A DNA stretch of 64,000 bases from the NCBI GenBank assembly GCA_964016885.1, contig OZ024742.1:373674001-373738000 (forward strand), given 5' to 3'. Source of the stretch: Eledone cirrhosa. Lineage: Eukaryota. Position numbers and translations under genes: made by a program. The first letter of the stretch is position 1, and each line of letters starts with the position of its first letter. The notes beneath the pieces are model-generated. The model saw nothing but the letters and a program-made list of their open reading frames with translations. It was not told the DNA's origin and searched no databases. This document shows, in pieces, positions 1 through 15,947 of the stretch.

Positions 1-3000
1 ATATAGAGATGGTATAGTGATTCTAATAACCAGTATATAGAGATGGTATAGTGATTCTAATAACCAGTATAGAGAGATGGTATAGTGATTCTAATATCCA
101 GTATATAGAGATGGTATAGTGATTCCAATAACCAGTATATAGAGATGGTATAGTGATTCTAATAACCAGTATATAGAGATGGTATAGTGATTCCAATAAC
201 CAGTATATAGAGATGGTATAGTGATTCCAATAACCAGTATATAGAGATGGTATAGTGATTCCAATAACCAGTATATAGAGATGGTATAGTGATTCTAATA
301 ACCAGTATATAGAGAAGGTATAGTGATTCTAATAACCAGTATATAGAGATGGTATAGTGATTCTAATAACTGTTTATAGAGATGGTATAGTGATTCTAAT
401 AACCAGTATATAGGGATCGTATAGTGATTCTAATAACCAGTATATAGGGATGGTATAGTGATTCTAATAACCAGTATATAGAGATGGTATAGTGATTCTA
501 ATAACCAGTATATAGAGATGGTATAGTGATTCTAATAACAGTATATAGAGATGGTATAGTGATTCTAATAACAGTATATAGAGATGGTATAGTGATTCTA
601 ATAACCAGTATATAGAGATGCTATAGTGATTCTAATAACCAGTATATAGAGATGGTATAGTGATTCTAATAACCAGTATATAGAGATGGTATAGTGATTC
701 TAATAACCAGTATATAGAGAAGGTATAGTGATTCTAATAACCAGTATATAGAGATGGTATAGTGATTCTAATAACCAGTATATAGAGATGGTATAGTGAT
801 TCTAATAACAGTATATAGAGATGGTATAGTGATTCTAATAACCAGTATATAGAGAAGGTATAGTGATTCTAATAACCAGTATATAGAGATGCTATAGTGA
901 TTCTAATAACAGTATATAGAGATGGTATAGTGATTCTAATAACCAGTATATAGAGATGGTATAGTGATTCTAATAACCAGTATATAGAGAAGGTATAGTG
1001 ATTCTAATAACCAGTATATAGAGATGGTATAGTGATTCTAATAACCAGTATATAGAGATGGTATAGTGATTCTAATAACAGTATATAGAGATGGTATAGT
1101 GATTCTAATAACCAGTATATAGAGAAGGTACAGTGATTCTAATAACCAGTATATAGAGATGCTATAGTGATTCTAATAACCAGTATATAGAGATGGTATA
1201 GTGATTCTAATAACCAGTACATAGAGATGGTATAGTGATTCTAATAACAGTATATAGAGATGGTATAGTGATTCTAATAACCAGTATTTAGTGCTGGTAT
1301 AGTGACTCTAATAACCAGTATAGAGAGATGGTATAGTGATTCTAATAACCAGTATATAGAGATGGTTTAGTGATTCTAATAACCAGTATATAGAGATGGT
1401 ATAATGATTCTAATAACCAGTATATAGAGATGGTACAGTGATTCTAATAACCAGTATATAGAGATGGTATAGTGATTCTAATAACCAGTTTAGATAGATG
1501 GTATAGTGATTCTAATAACCATTATATAGAGATGGTATAGTGATTCTAATAACCAGTTTAGATAGATGGTATAGTGATTCTAATAACCATTATATAGAGA
1601 TGGTATAGTGATTGTAATAACCAGTTTAGATAGATGGTATAGTGATTCTAATAACCAGTATATAGAGATGGTATAGTGATTGTAATAACCAGTATATAGA
1701 GATGGTATAGTGATTCTAATAACCAGTTTAGATAGATGGTATAGTGATTCTAATAACCATTATATAGAGATGGTATAGTAATTCTAATAACCAGTTTAGA
1801 TAGATGGTATAGTGATTCTAATAACCAGTATATAGAGATGGTATAGTGATTGTAATAACCAGTATATAGAGATGGTATAGTGATTCTAATAACCAGTATA
1901 TAGAGATGGTATAGTGATTCTAATAACCAGTTTAGATAGATGGTATAGTGATTCTAATAACCATTATATAGAGATGGTATAGTGATTCCAATAACCAGTA
2001 TATAGAGATGGTATAGTGATTCCAATAACCAGTATATAGAGATGGTATAGTGATTCCAATAACCAGTATATAGAGATGGTATAGTGATTCTAATAACCAG
2101 TATATAGAGAAGGTATAGTGATTCTAATAACCAGTATATAGAGATGGTATAGTGATTCTAATAACTGTTTATAGAGATGGTATAGTGATTCTAATAACCA
2201 GTATATAGGGATCGTATAGTGATTCTAATAACCAGTATATAGGGATGGTATAGTGATTTTAATAACCAGTATATAGAGATGGTATAGTGATTCTAATAAC
2301 CAGTATATAGAGATGGTATAGTGATTCTAATAACAGTATATAGAGATGGTATAGTGATTCTAATAACAGTATATAGAGATGGTATAGTGATTCTAATAAC
2401 CAGTATATAGAGATGCTATAGTGATTCTAATAACCAGTATATAGAGATGGTATAGTGATTCTAATAACCAGTATATAGAGATGGTATAGTGATTCTAATA
2501 ACCAGTATATAGAGAAGGTATAGTGATTCTAATAACCAGTATATAGAGATGGTATAGTGATTCTAATAACCAGTATATAGAGATGGTATAGTGATTCTAA
2601 TAACAGTATATAGAGATGGTATAGTGATTCTAATAACCAGTATATAGAGAAGGTATAGTGATTCTAATAACCAGTATATAGAGATGCTATAGTGATTCTA
2701 ATAACAGTATATAGAGATGGTATAGTGATTCTAATAACCAGTATATAGAGATGGTATAGTGATTCTAATAACCAGTATATAGAGAAGGTATAGTGATTCT
2801 AATAACCAGTATATAGAGATGGTATAGTGATTCTAATAACCAGTATATAGAGATGGTATAGTGATTCTAATAACAGTATATAGAGATGGTATAGTGATTC
2901 TAATAACCAGTATATAGAGAAGGTACAGTGATTCTAATAACCAGTATATAGAGATGCTATAGTGATTCTAATAACCAGTATATAGAGATGGTATAGTGAT

Positions 3001-6000
3001 TCTAATAACCAGTATATAGAGATGGTATAGTGATTCTAATAACAGTATATAGAGATGGTATAGTGATTCTAATAACCAGTATTTAGTGCTGGTATAGTGA
3101 CTCTAATAACCAGTATAGAGAGATGGTATAGTGATTCTAATAACCAGTATATAGAGATGGTTTAGTGATTCTAATAACCAGTATATAGAGATGGTATAAT
3201 GATTCTAATAACCAGTATATAGAGATGGTACAGTGATTCTAATAACCAGTATATAGAGATAGTATAGTGATTCTAATAACCAGTTTAGATAGATGGTATA
3301 GTGATTCTAATAACCATTATATAGAGATGGTATAGTGATTCTAATAACCAGTTTAGATAGATGGTATAGTGATTCTAATAACCATTATATAGAGATGGTA
3401 TAGTGATTGTAATAACCAGTTTAGATAGATGGTATAGTGATTCTAATAACCAGTATATAGAGATGGTATAGTGATTGTAATAACCAGTATATAGAGATGG
3501 TATAGTGATTCTAATAACCAGTTTAGATAGATGGTATAGTGATTCTAATAACCATTATATAGAGATGGTATAGTAATTCTAATAACCAGTTTAGATAGAT
3601 GGTATAGTGATTCTAATAACCAGTATATAGAGATGGTATAGTGATTGTAATAACCAGTATATAGAGATGGTATAGTGATTCTAATAACCAGTATATAGAG
3701 ATGGTATAGTGATTCTAATAACCAGTTTAGATAGATGGTATAGTGATTCTAATAACCATTATATAGAGATGGTATAGTGATTCTAATAACAGTATATAGA
3801 GATGGTACACTGATTCTAATAACCAGTATATAGAGATGGTATAGTGATTCAAATAATCAGTATATAGAGATGGTATAGTGATTCCAATAACCAGTATATA
3901 GAGATGGTATAGTGATTCCAATAACCAGTATATAGAGATGGTATAGTGGCTCTAATAACCAGTATATAGAGATGGTATAGTGATTCTAATAACCAGTATA
4001 TAGAGATGGTATAGTGATTCTAATAACCAGTATAGAGAGATGGTATAGTGATTCTAATATCCAGTATATAGAGATGGTATAGTGATTCCAATAACCAGTA
4101 TATAGAGATGGTATAGTGATTCTAATAACCAGTATATAGAGATGGTATAGTGATTCTAATAACTGTTTATAGAGATGGTATAGTAATTCTAATAACCAGT
4201 ATATAGGGATCGTATAGTGATTCTAATAACCAGTATATAGGGATGGTATAGTGATTCTAATAACCAGTATATAGAGATGGTATAGTGATTCTAATAACCA
4301 GTATATAGAGATGGTATAGTGATTCTAATAACAGTATATAGAGATGGTATAGTGATTCTAATAACAGTATATAGAGATGGTATAGTGATTCTAATAACCT
4401 GTATATAGAGATGCTATAGTGATTCTAATAACCAGTATATAGAGATGGTATAGTGATTCTAATAACCAGTATATAGAGATGGTATAGTGATTCTAATAAC
4501 CAGTATATAGAGAAGGTATAGTGATTCTAATAACCAGTATATAGAGATGGTATAGTGATTCTAATAACCAGTATATAGAGATGGTATAGTGATTCTAATA
4601 ACAGTATATAGAGATGGTATAGTGATTCTAATAACCAGTATATAGAGAAGGTATAGTGATTCTAATAACCAGTATATAGAGATGCTATAGTGATTCTAAT
4701 AACAGTATATAGAGATGGTATAGTGATTCTAATAACCAGTATATAGAGATGGTATAGTGATTCTAATAACCAGTATATAGAGAAGGTATAGTGATTCTAA
4801 TAACCAGTATATAGAGATGGTATAGTGATTCTAATAACCAGTATATAGAGATGGTATAGTGATTCTAATAACAGTATATAGAGATGGTATAGTGATTCTA
4901 ATAACCAGTATTTAGTGCTGGTATAGTGACTCTAATAACCAGTATAGAGAGATGGTATAGTGATTCTAATAACCAGTATATAGAGATGGTTTAGTGATTC
5001 TAATAACCAGTATATAGAGATGGTATAATGATTCTAATAACCAGTATATAGAGATGGTACAGTGATTCTAATAACCAGTATATAGAGATGGTATAGTGAT
5101 TCTAATAACCAGTTTAGATAGATGGTATAGTGATTCTAATAACCATTATATAGAGATGGTATAGTGATTCTAATAACCAGTTTAGATAGATGGTATAGTG
5201 ATTCTAATAACCATTATATAGAGATGGTATAGTGATTGTAATAACCAGTTTAGATAGATGGTATAGTGATTCTAATAACCAGTATATAGAGATGGTATAG
5301 TGATTGTAATAACCAGTATATAGAGATGGTATAGTGATTCTAATAACCAGTTTAGATAGATGGTATAGTGATTCTAATAACCATTATATAGAGATGGTAT
5401 AGTAATTCTAATAACCAGTTTAGATAGATGGTATAGTGATTCTAATAACCAGTATATAGAGATGGTATAGTGATTGTAATAACCAGTATATAGAGATGGT
5501 ATAGTGATTCTAATAACCAGTATATAGAGATGGTATAGTGATTCTAATAACCAGTTTAGATAGATGGTATAGTGATTCTAATAACCATTATATAGAGATG
5601 GTATAGTGATTCTAATAACAGTATATAGAGATGGTACACTGATTCTAATAACCAGTATATAGAGATGGTATAGTGATTCAAATAATCAGTATATAGAGAT
5701 GGTATAGTGATTCCAATAACCAGTATATAGAGATGGTATAGTGATTCCAATAACCAGTATATAGAGATGGTATAGTGGCTCTAATAACCAGTATATAGAG
5801 ATGGTATAGTGATTCTAATAACCAGTATATAGAGATGGTATAGTGATTCTAATAACCAGTATAGAGAGATGGTATAGTGATTCTAATATCCAGTATATAG
5901 AGATGGTATAGTGATTCCAATAACCAGTATATAGAGATGGTATAGTGATTCTAATAACCAGTATATAGAGATGGTATAGTGATTCCAATAACCAGTATAT

Positions 6001-9000
6001 AGAGATGGTATAGTGATTCCAATAACCAGTATATAGAGATGGTATAGTGATTCCAATAACCAGTATATAGAGATGGTATAGTGATTCTAATAACCAGTAT
6101 ATAGAGAAGGTATAGTGATTCTAATAACCAGTATATAGAGATGGTATAGTGATTCTAATAACTGTTTATAGAGATGGTATAGTGATTCTAATAACCAGTA
6201 TATAGGGATCGTATAGTGATTCTAATAACCAGTATATAGGGATGGTATAGTGATTCTAATAACCAGTATATAGAGATGGTATAGTGATTCTAATAACCAG
6301 TATATAGAGATGGTATAGTGATTCTAATAACAGTATATAGAGATGGTATAGTGATTCTAATAACAGTATATAGAGATGGTATAGTGATTCTAATAACCAG
6401 TATATAGAGATGCTATAGTGATTCTAATAACCAGTATATAGAGATGGTATAGTGATTCTAATAACCAGTATATAGAGATGGTATAGTGATTCTAATAACC
6501 AGTATATAGAGAAGGTATAGTGATTCTAATAACCAGTATATAGAGATGGTATAGTGATTCTAATAACCAGTATATAGAGATGGTATAGTGATTCTAATAA
6601 CAGTATATAGAGATGGTATAGTGATTCTAATAACCAGTATATAGAGAAGGTATAGTGATTCTAATAACCAGTATATAGAGATGCTATAGTGATTCTAATA
6701 ACAGTATATAGAGATGGTATAGTGATTGTAATAACCAGTATATAGAGATGGTATAGTGATTCTAATAACCAGTATATAGAGAAGGTATAGTGATTCTAAT
6801 AACCAGTATATAGAGATGGTATAGTGATTCTAATAACCAGTATATAGAGATGGTATAGTGATTCTAATAACAGTATATAGAGATGGTATAGTGATTCTAA
6901 TAACCAGTATATAGAGAAGGTACAGTGATTCTAATAACCAGTATATAGAGATGCTATAGTGATTCTAATAACAGTATATAGAGATGGTATAGAGATTCTT
7001 ATAACCAGTATATAGAGATGGTATAGTGATTCTAATAACCAGTATATAGGGATGATATAGTGATTCTAATAACCAGTATTTAGGGATGGTATAGTGACTC
7101 TAATAACCAGTATATAGAGATGGTATAGTGATTCTAATAACCAGTATAAAGAAATGGTGTAGTGATTCTAATAACCAGTATATTGAGATGGTATAGTGAT
7201 TCTAATAACCAGTATATAGAGATCGTATAGTGATTCTAATAACCAGTATATAGAGATGGTATAGTGATTCTAATAACCAGTATATAGAGATGGTATAGTG
7301 ATTCTAATAACCAGTATATAGAGATGGTATAGTGATTCTAATAACCAGTATATAGAGATGGTATAGTGATTCTAATAACAGTATATAGAGATGGTATGGT
7401 GATTCTAATAACCAGTATATAGAGATGGTATAGTGATTCTAATAACCAGTATATAGAGATGGTATAGTGATTCTAATAACCAGTATATAGAAATGGTATA
7501 GTGATTCTAATAACAGTATATAGAGATGGTATAGTGATTCTAATAACAGTATATAGAGATGGTATAGTGATTCTAATAACCACTATATAGAGATGGTATA
7601 GTGATTCTAATAACCAGTATATAGAGATGGTATAGTGATTGTAATAAGCAGTATATAGAGATGGTATAGTGATTTTAATAACCAGTATATAGAGATGGTA
7701 TAGCGATTCTAACAACCAGTATATAGAGATGGTATAGTGATTCTAATAACCAGTATATAGAGATCGTATAGTGATTCTAATAACCAGTATGTATAGATGG
7801 TATAGTGATTCTAATAATAGTATATAGAGATGGTATAGCGATTCTAATAACCAGTATATAGAGATGGTATAGTGATTCTAATAACGACTATATAGAGATG
7901 GTATAGTGATTCTAATAACCAGTATATAGAGATGGTATAGTGATTCTAATAACCAGTATATATGGATGGTATAGTGATTCTAATAACCATTATATAGAGA
8001 TGGTACAGTGATTCTAATAACCAGTATAGAGAGATGGTATAGTGATTCTAATAACCAGTATATAGAGATGGTATAGTGATTCTAATAACCAGTATATAGA
8101 GATGGTATATTATTCTGATAACCAGTATATAGGGATGGTATAGTGATTCTAATAACCATTATATAGAGATGGTATAGTGATTATAATAACCAGTATATAG
8201 AGATGGTATAGTGATTCTAATAACCAGTATATAGAGATGGTATAGTGATTCTAATAACCAGTATATAGTGATTGAATAGTGATTCTAATAACCAGTATAT
8301 AGAGACGGTATAGTGAATCTAATAACCAGTAGATAGAGATGGTATAGTGATTCTAATAACCATTATATAGAGATGGTATAGTGATTCTAATAACCAGTAT
8401 ATAGAGATGGTATAGTGATTCTAATAACCAGTATATAGGGATGATATAGTGATTCTAATAACCAGTTTAGAGAGATGGTATAGTGATTCTAATAACCATT
8501 ATATAGAGATGGTATAGTGATTCTAATAACCAGTACATAGAGATGGTATAGTGATTCTAATAACCAGTATATAGGGATCGTATAGTGATTCTAATAACCA
8601 GTATATAGAGATGGTATAGTGATTCTAATAACCAGTATATAGAGATGGTATAGTGATTCTAATAACCAGTATATAGAGATGGTATAGTGATTCTAATAAC
8701 CAGTATATAGAGATGGTATAGTGATTCTAATAACCAGTATATAGGGATGATTTAGTGATTCTAATAACCAGTTTAGAGAGATGGTATAGTGATTCTAATA
8801 ACCATTATATAGAGATGGTATAGTGATTCTAATAACCAGTATATAGAGATGGTATAGTGATTCTAATAACCAGTATATAGAGATGGTATAGTGATTCTAA
8901 TAACCAGTATATAGATATGGTATAGTGATTCTAATAACCAGTATATAGAGAAGGTATAGTGATTCTAATAACCAGTATATAGGGATGGTATAGTGATTCT

Positions 9001-12000
9001 AATAACCAGTATATAGAGATCATATAGTGATTCTAATAACCAGTATATAGAGATGGTATAGTGATTCTAATAACCAGTATATAGAGATGGTATAGTGTTT
9101 CTAATAACCAGTATATAGAGATGTTATAGTGATTGTAATAACCAGTATATAGAGATGGTATAGTGATTCTAATAACCAGTATATAGAGATGGTATAGTGA
9201 TTCTAATAACCAGTATATAGGGATGGTATAGTGATTCTAATAACCAGTATATAGAGATCATATAGTGATTCTAATAACCAGTATAGTGAGATGGTATAGT
9301 GATTCTAATAACCATTATATAGAGATGGTATAGTGATTCTAATAACCAGTATATAGAGATGCTATAGTGATTCTAATAACCAGTATATAGAGATGGTATA
9401 GTGATTCTAATAACCAGTATATAGAGATGGTACAGTGATTCTAATAACCAGTATATAGAGATGGTACAGTGATTCTAATAACCAGTATAGAGAGATGGTA
9501 CAGTGATTCTAATAACCAGTATATAGAGATGGTATAGTGATTCTAATAACCAGTATATAGGGATGGTATAGTGATTCTAATAACCAGTATATAGAGATGG
9601 TACAGTGATTCTAATAACCAGTATATAGAGATGGCACAGTGATTCTAATAACTAGTATAGAGAGATGGTATAGTGATTCTAATAACAGTATATAGAGATG
9701 GTACAGTGATTCTAATAACCAGTATATAGAGATGGTATAGTGATTCTAATAACCAGTATATAGAGATGGTATAGTGATTTTAATAACCAGTATATAGAGA
9801 TGGTACAGTGATTCTAATAACTAGTATAGAGAGATGGTATAGTGATTCTAATAACCAGTATATAGAGATGGTACAGTGATTCTAATAACAGTATATAGAG
9901 ATGGTATAGTGATTCTAATAACCAGTATATAGAGATGGTATAGTGATTCTAATAACCAGTATATAGAGATGGTACAGTGATTCTAATAACTAGTATAGAG
10001 AGATGGTATAGTGATTCTAATAACCAGTATATAGAGATGGTATAGTGATTCTAATAACCAGTATATAGAGATGGTATAGTGATTCTAATAACCAGTATAT
10101 AGAGATGGTACAGTGATTCTAATAACTAGTATAGAGAGATGGTATAGTGATTCTAATAACCAGTATATAGAGATGGTATAGTGATTCTAATAACCAGTAT
10201 ATAGAGATGGTATAGTGATTCTAATAACCAGTATATAGAGATGGTATAGTGATTCTAATAACCAGTATATAGAGATGGTACAGTGATTCTAATAACTAGT
10301 ATAGAGAGATGGTATAGTGATTCTAATAACCAGTATATAGAGATGTTACAGTGATTCTAATAACAGTATATAGAGATGGTATAGTGATTCTAATAACCAG
10401 TATATAGAGATGGTATAGTGATTCTAATAACCAGTATATAGAGATGGTACAGTGATTCTAATAACTAGTATAGAGAGATGGTACAGTGATTCTAATAACC
10501 AGTATATAGAGATGGTACAGTGATTCTAATAACCAGTATATAGAGATGGTATAGTGATTCTAATAACAGTATATAGAGATGGTATAGTGATTCTAATAAC
10601 CAGTATATAGAGATGGTATAGTGATTCTAATAACCAGTATATAGAGATGGTATAGTGATTCTAATAACAGTATATAGAGATGGTATAGTGATTCTAATAA
10701 CCAGTATATAGAGATGGTATAGTGATTCTAATAACAGTATATAGAGATGGTATAGTGATTCTAATAACCAGTATATAGAGATGGTATAGTGATTCTAATA
10801 ACAGTATATAGAGATGGTATAGTGATTCTAATAACCAGTATATAGAGATGGTATAGTGATTCTAATAACCAGTATATAGAGATGGTACAGTGATTCTAAT
10901 AACCAGTATATAGAGATGGTATAGTGATTCTAATAACCAGTATATAGAGATTGTATAGTGAATCTAATAACCAGTGTATAGAGATGGTACAGTGATTCTA
11001 ATAACCAGTATATAGGGATGGTAGAGGGATTCTAATAACCAGTATATAGAGATGGTATAGTGATTCTAATAACCAGTATATAGAGATGGTATAGTGAATC
11101 TAATAACCAGTGTATAGAGATGGTACAGTGATTCTAATAACCAGTATATAGGGATGGTAGAGGGATTCTAATAACCAGTATATAGAGATGGTATAGTGAT
11201 TCTAATAACCAGTATATAGAGATGGTATAGTGATTCTAATAACCAGTATATAGGGATGGTAGAGGGATTCTAATAACCAGTATATAGAGATGGTACAGTG
11301 ATTCTAATAACCAGTATATACAGAGATGGTATAGTGATTCTAATAACCAGTATATAGAGATGGTATAGTGATTCTAATAACCAGTATATAGAGAAGGTAT
11401 AGTGATTCTAATAACAGTATATAGAGATGGTACAGTGATTCTAATAACCAGTATAGAGAGATGGTACAGTGATTCTAATAACTAGTATAGAGAGATGGTA
11501 TAGTGATTCTAATAACTAGTATAGAGAGATGGTATAGTGATTCTAATAACCAGTATATAGAGATGGTATAGTGATTCTAATAACTAGTATAGAGAGATGG
11601 TATAGTGATTCTAATAACCAGTATATAGAGATGGTATAGTGATTCTAATAACTAGTATAGAGAGATGGTACAGTGATTCTAATAACCAGTATATAGGGAT
11701 GGTATAGTGATTCTAATAACCAGTATATTGAGATGGTATAGTGATTCTAATAACCAGTATATAGAGATGGTATAGTGATTCTAATAACCAGTATATTGAG
11801 ATGGTATAGTGATTCTAATAACTAGTATAGAGAGATGGTATAGTGATTCTAATAACCAGTATATAGAGATGTTACAGTGATTCTAATAACAGTATATAGA
11901 GATGGTATAGTGATTCTAATAACCAGTATATAGAGATGGTACAGTGATTCTAATAACAGTATATAGAGATGGTATAGTGATTCTAATAACCAGTATATAG

Positions 12001-14365
12001 AGATGGTACAATGATTCTAATAACAGTATATAGAGATGGTACAGTGATTCTAATAACCAGTATATAGAGATGGTATAGTGATTCTAATAACCAGTATATA
12101 AAGATGGTATAGTGATTCTAATAACCAGTATATAGAGATGGTATAGTGATTCTAATAACCAGTATATAGAGATGGTACAATGATTCTAATAACAGTATAT
12201 AGAGATGGTACAGTGATTCTAATAACCAGTATATAGAGATGGTATAGTGATTCTAATAACCAGTATATAGAGATGGTACAATGATTCTAATAACAGTATA
12301 TAGAGATGGTACAGTGATTCTAATAACCAGTATATAGAGATGGTATAGTGATTCTAATAACCAGTATATAGAGATGGTATAGTGATTCTAATAACCAGTA
12401 TATAGAGATGGTATAGTGATTCTAATAACCAGTATATAGAGATGGTACAGTGATTCTAATAACCAGTATATAGAGATGGTACAGTGATTCTAATAACCAG
12501 TATAGAGAGATGGTACAGTGATTCTAATAACCAGTATATAGAGATGGTATAGTGATTCTAATAACCAGTATATAGGGATGGTATAGTGATTCTAATAACC
12601 AGTATATAGAGATGGTACAGTGATTCTAATAACCAGTATATAGAGATGGTACAGTGATTCTAATAACTAGTATAGAGAGATGGTATAGTGATTCTAATAA
12701 CAGTATATAGAGATGGTACAGTGATTCTAATAACCAGTATATAGAGATGGTATAGTGATTCTAATAACCAGTATATAGAGATGGTATAGTGATTCTAATA
12801 ACCAGTATATAGAGATGGTACAGTGATTCTAATAACTAGTATAGAGAGATGGTATAGTGATTCTAATAACCAGTATATAGAGATGGTACAGTGATTCTAA
12901 TAACAGTATATAGAGATGGTATAGTGATTCTAATAACCAGTATATAGAGATGGTATAGTGATTCTAATAACCAGTATATAGAGATGGTACAGTGATTCTA
13001 ATAACAGTATATAGAGATGGTATAGTGATTCTAATAACCAGTATATAGAGATGGTATAGTGATTCTAATAACCAGTATAGAGAGATGGTACAGTGATTCT
13101 AATAACCAGTATAGAGAGATGGTATAGTGATTCTAATAACCAGTATATAGAGATGGTATAGTGATTCTAATAACCAGTATATAGAGATGGTATAGTGATT
13201 CTAATAACTAGTATAGAGAGATGGTACAGTGATTCTAATAACCAGTATAGAGAGATGGTATAGTGATTCTAATAACCAGTATATAGAGATGGTATAGTGA
13301 TTCTAATAACCAGTATATAGAGATGGTATAGTGATTCTAATAACTAGTATAGAGAGATGGTACAGTGATTCTAATAACCAGTATAGAGAGATGGTATAGT
13401 GATTCTAATAACCAGTATATAGAGATGGTATAGTGATTCTAATAACCAGTATATAGAGATGGTATAGTGATTCTAATAACTAGTATAGAGAGATGGTACA
13501 GTGATTCTAATAACCAGTATAGAGAGATGGTATAGTGATTCTAATAACCAGTATATAGAGATGGTATAGTGATTCTAATAACCAGTATATAGAGATGGTA
13601 CAGTGATTCTAATAACAGTATATAGAGATGGTATAGTGATTCTAATAACCAGTATATAGAGATGGTACAGTGATTCTAATAACTAGTATAGAGAGATGGT
13701 ATAGTGATTCTAATAACCAGTATATAGAGATGGTATAGTGATTCTAATAACAGTATATAGAGATGGTATAGTGATTCTAATAACCAGTATATAGAGATGG
13801 TATAGTGATTCTAATAACCAGTATATAGAGATGGTATAGTGATTCTAATAACCAGTATAGAGAGATGGTATAGTGATTCTAATAACCAGTATATAGAGAT
13901 GGTATAGTGATTCTAATAACAGTATATAGAGATGGTACAGTGATTCTAATAACCAGTATATAGAGATGGTACAGTGATTCTAATAACTAGTATAGAGAGA
14001 TGGTATAGTGATTCTAATAACCAGTATAGAGAGATGGTACATTGATTCTAATAACCAGTATATAGAGATGGTATAGTGATTCTAATAACCAGTATAGAGA
14101 GATGGTATAGTGATTCTAATAACCAGTATATAGAGATGGTACATTGATTCTAATAACTAGTATAGAGAGATGGTATAGTGATTCTAATAACCAGTATAGA
14201 GAGATGGTATGGTGATTCTAATAACCAGTATATAGAGATGGTATAGTGATTCTAATAACCAGTATAGAGAGATGGTACATTGATTCTAATAACCAGTATA
14301 GAGAGATGGTATGGTGATTCTAATAACCAGTATAGAGAGATGGTACAGTGATTCTAATAACCAGT
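1..14365. repeat. 34-bp tandem satellite (about 420 monomers; runs off the window start)
   Basis: Consensus ATATAGAGATGGTATAGTGATTCTAATAACCAGT repeated head-to-tail, with frequent 33-bp (TAACAGT) and point variants. Confidence 0.98.
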
Positions 14366-14420
14366 GTACACAACAACACATTCTTCACGGCATTAACCAT
14401 TTCAAATGAAAATCACTGAA

Positions 14421-14660
14421 GACTTGTGGCCTAATTATAAAAGAGTTGGGCTTACTATCATAATGTCACGGGTTCGTATCCTGGGCTGGGTTCTGTGTTG
14501 TGTTCTTGAGCAAAATACTTCATTTCACATGGCTCCAGTGTACTCAGCTGAAAAGTACCATCAATAGCTGGGGGTTTAACCCTGCAATGGGCTGGCATCC
14601 TGTCCAGGGGGAGTGTTGTACTCTCAGTCGCTTCCCGCCATGAAAGCGGAATATGCACCA
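14421..14660 (+). mobile_element. Degenerate tRNA-derived CORE-type SINE
   Basis: A-box-like TGGCCTAAT, B-box GGTTCGTATCC, then CORE-like TGTGTTCTTGAGCAAAATACTT...CTCCAGTGTACTCAGCTG; homologous to 26328-26470. Confidence 0.7.
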
Positions 14661-14664
14661 GCTT

Positions 14665-14880
14665 GACGAGCCTCCTAGCTTGAGACAGACTTAGAGCAAA
14701 ACCTACTGGCAGGAGACCCAGGAGTAGACCCCGAGTAAGATGGTTGAATAACATCTATGAGCTCAGCCAGTCTCACTTGGGGATCTTGCTGGATGCTGGA
14801 GAAGGTTGCTTCTGACAGGACCCACTGAAAGGACTCTGTTCTCATCACCCTCTCCTTTACCAGGAATAAGTGGATGAAGA
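14665..14880 (+). mobile_element. 3' fragment of an RTE-clade (Expander/Rex3-like) LINE, family C
   Basis: Encodes AKPTGRRPRSRPRVRWLNNI; inverted homolog of 15330-15530; ends CAGGAATAAGTGGATGAAGA. Confidence 0.7.
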
Positions 14881-14887
14881 TCTAACT

Positions 14888-15288
14888 CCCACAAAGTTAT
14901 TAACCATCTTGCCAACAACAACCCTGAGCACCTTTTTGATCTCCCTGTGTCTAACACACGTGGACATGCCTACAAAGTCAGAAAACAGCACAGCTCCCAT
15001 GACTTTCGTAAACATTTTTTCACGCTCAGAGTTGCTGAAGCATGGAACAAACTGCCTGCATCAGTTGTTAGCTGCCGAGACACTGCATCCTTTAAGACAC
15101 TCATGCTTCCCGAAATTCGCCAAAACTACACCTGATGTACCCCTTCCATACACATGCACACATCTGTGTATCATGACTCGTGCACTGTTCATTTTCCTGA
15201 CGTTTGTATATTACCCTATGTACTATACATGCACTTTTGATGAGTTGTAGTGCACCTGAGCACTGTACACAATATTTTCATTATTATA
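14888..15288 (+). mobile_element. 3' fragment of a CR1-like LINE
   Basis: ORF 14947-15135 (TRGHAYKVRKQ...FFTLRVAEAWNKLP) and 3' UTR highly similar to 21545-21950; ATT tail. Confidence 0.9.
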
Positions 15289-15324
15289 GATGTTTTCTGC
15301 TAAAATCATTGCAAAGAGACTTAC

Positions 15325-15935
15325 TACTTCTTCTTCACCCACTTCTTCCTGAGAGGATCAATGGGACAGAGTCCTCAAACACTCCTTCCAGCAGGTCCTG
15401 TCAGAAGCAACCATTTCCAACTGATCCAGCTGGATCCCCAAGCAAGACCTGCTAATCCTATCGATGTTATCCAACTATCTTGCTCAAGGTCTACCCCTGG
15501 GTCTCCTGCCGGTTGGTTTTGCCCATAAAATCCGTCCAACGATTCTTTCGTGAGACATTCTAACAACATACTCATAGTATCAGAGCTGTGATCCCTCAAT
15601 TCGGATAAGTAGCAGCTCTACCTGGAGTGACTCTCTCATCTCAGTAACATTACTCCAAAGACCCTTTGGAGGAACCCCATTTCGGTCGCAATCTATTCTG
15701 TCGGTCATTACCCAAGATTCATAACCATAGGTAAGGGTTGGCAGAAATACCAAATTGAAGATAGCGAGTTTGGTTTTTACATCTAGCTTCCTTTTCTTCT
15801 GATTACCGAATACTCAAGCTGGCACATTACTGCACCAGCACTGCAATTCTTGCACTTAATTCAGTCTCCTGCCTTCCATCACTCCTCAACACAGCCCTGT
15901 CATACTTAAACCTCTCTACCTGCTTGAGAAATTTA
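15325..15935 (-). mobile_element. Decayed 3' part of RTE (Expander/Rex3-like) LINE, family C
   Basis: Minus-strand pieces translate to KQVERFKY, KTKLAIFNLVFLPTLTYGYESWVMT and GRRPRGRP; (GAA)n tail at 15325-15335; frameshifted. Confidence 0.8.
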
Positions 15936-15947
15936 CTTTTTATAAAT

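Noticed and set aside
3727-7715. Short minus-strand ORFs (MESLYHLY...)
   Set aside because: Chance read-through of satellite variants; the identical copies simply mark the higher-order repeat
1-14365. CRISPR-like 34-bp periodicity (also the 28-, 29- and 31-bp arrays)
   Set aside because: Units are contiguous with no unique spacers, there are no cas genes, and the context is eukaryotic
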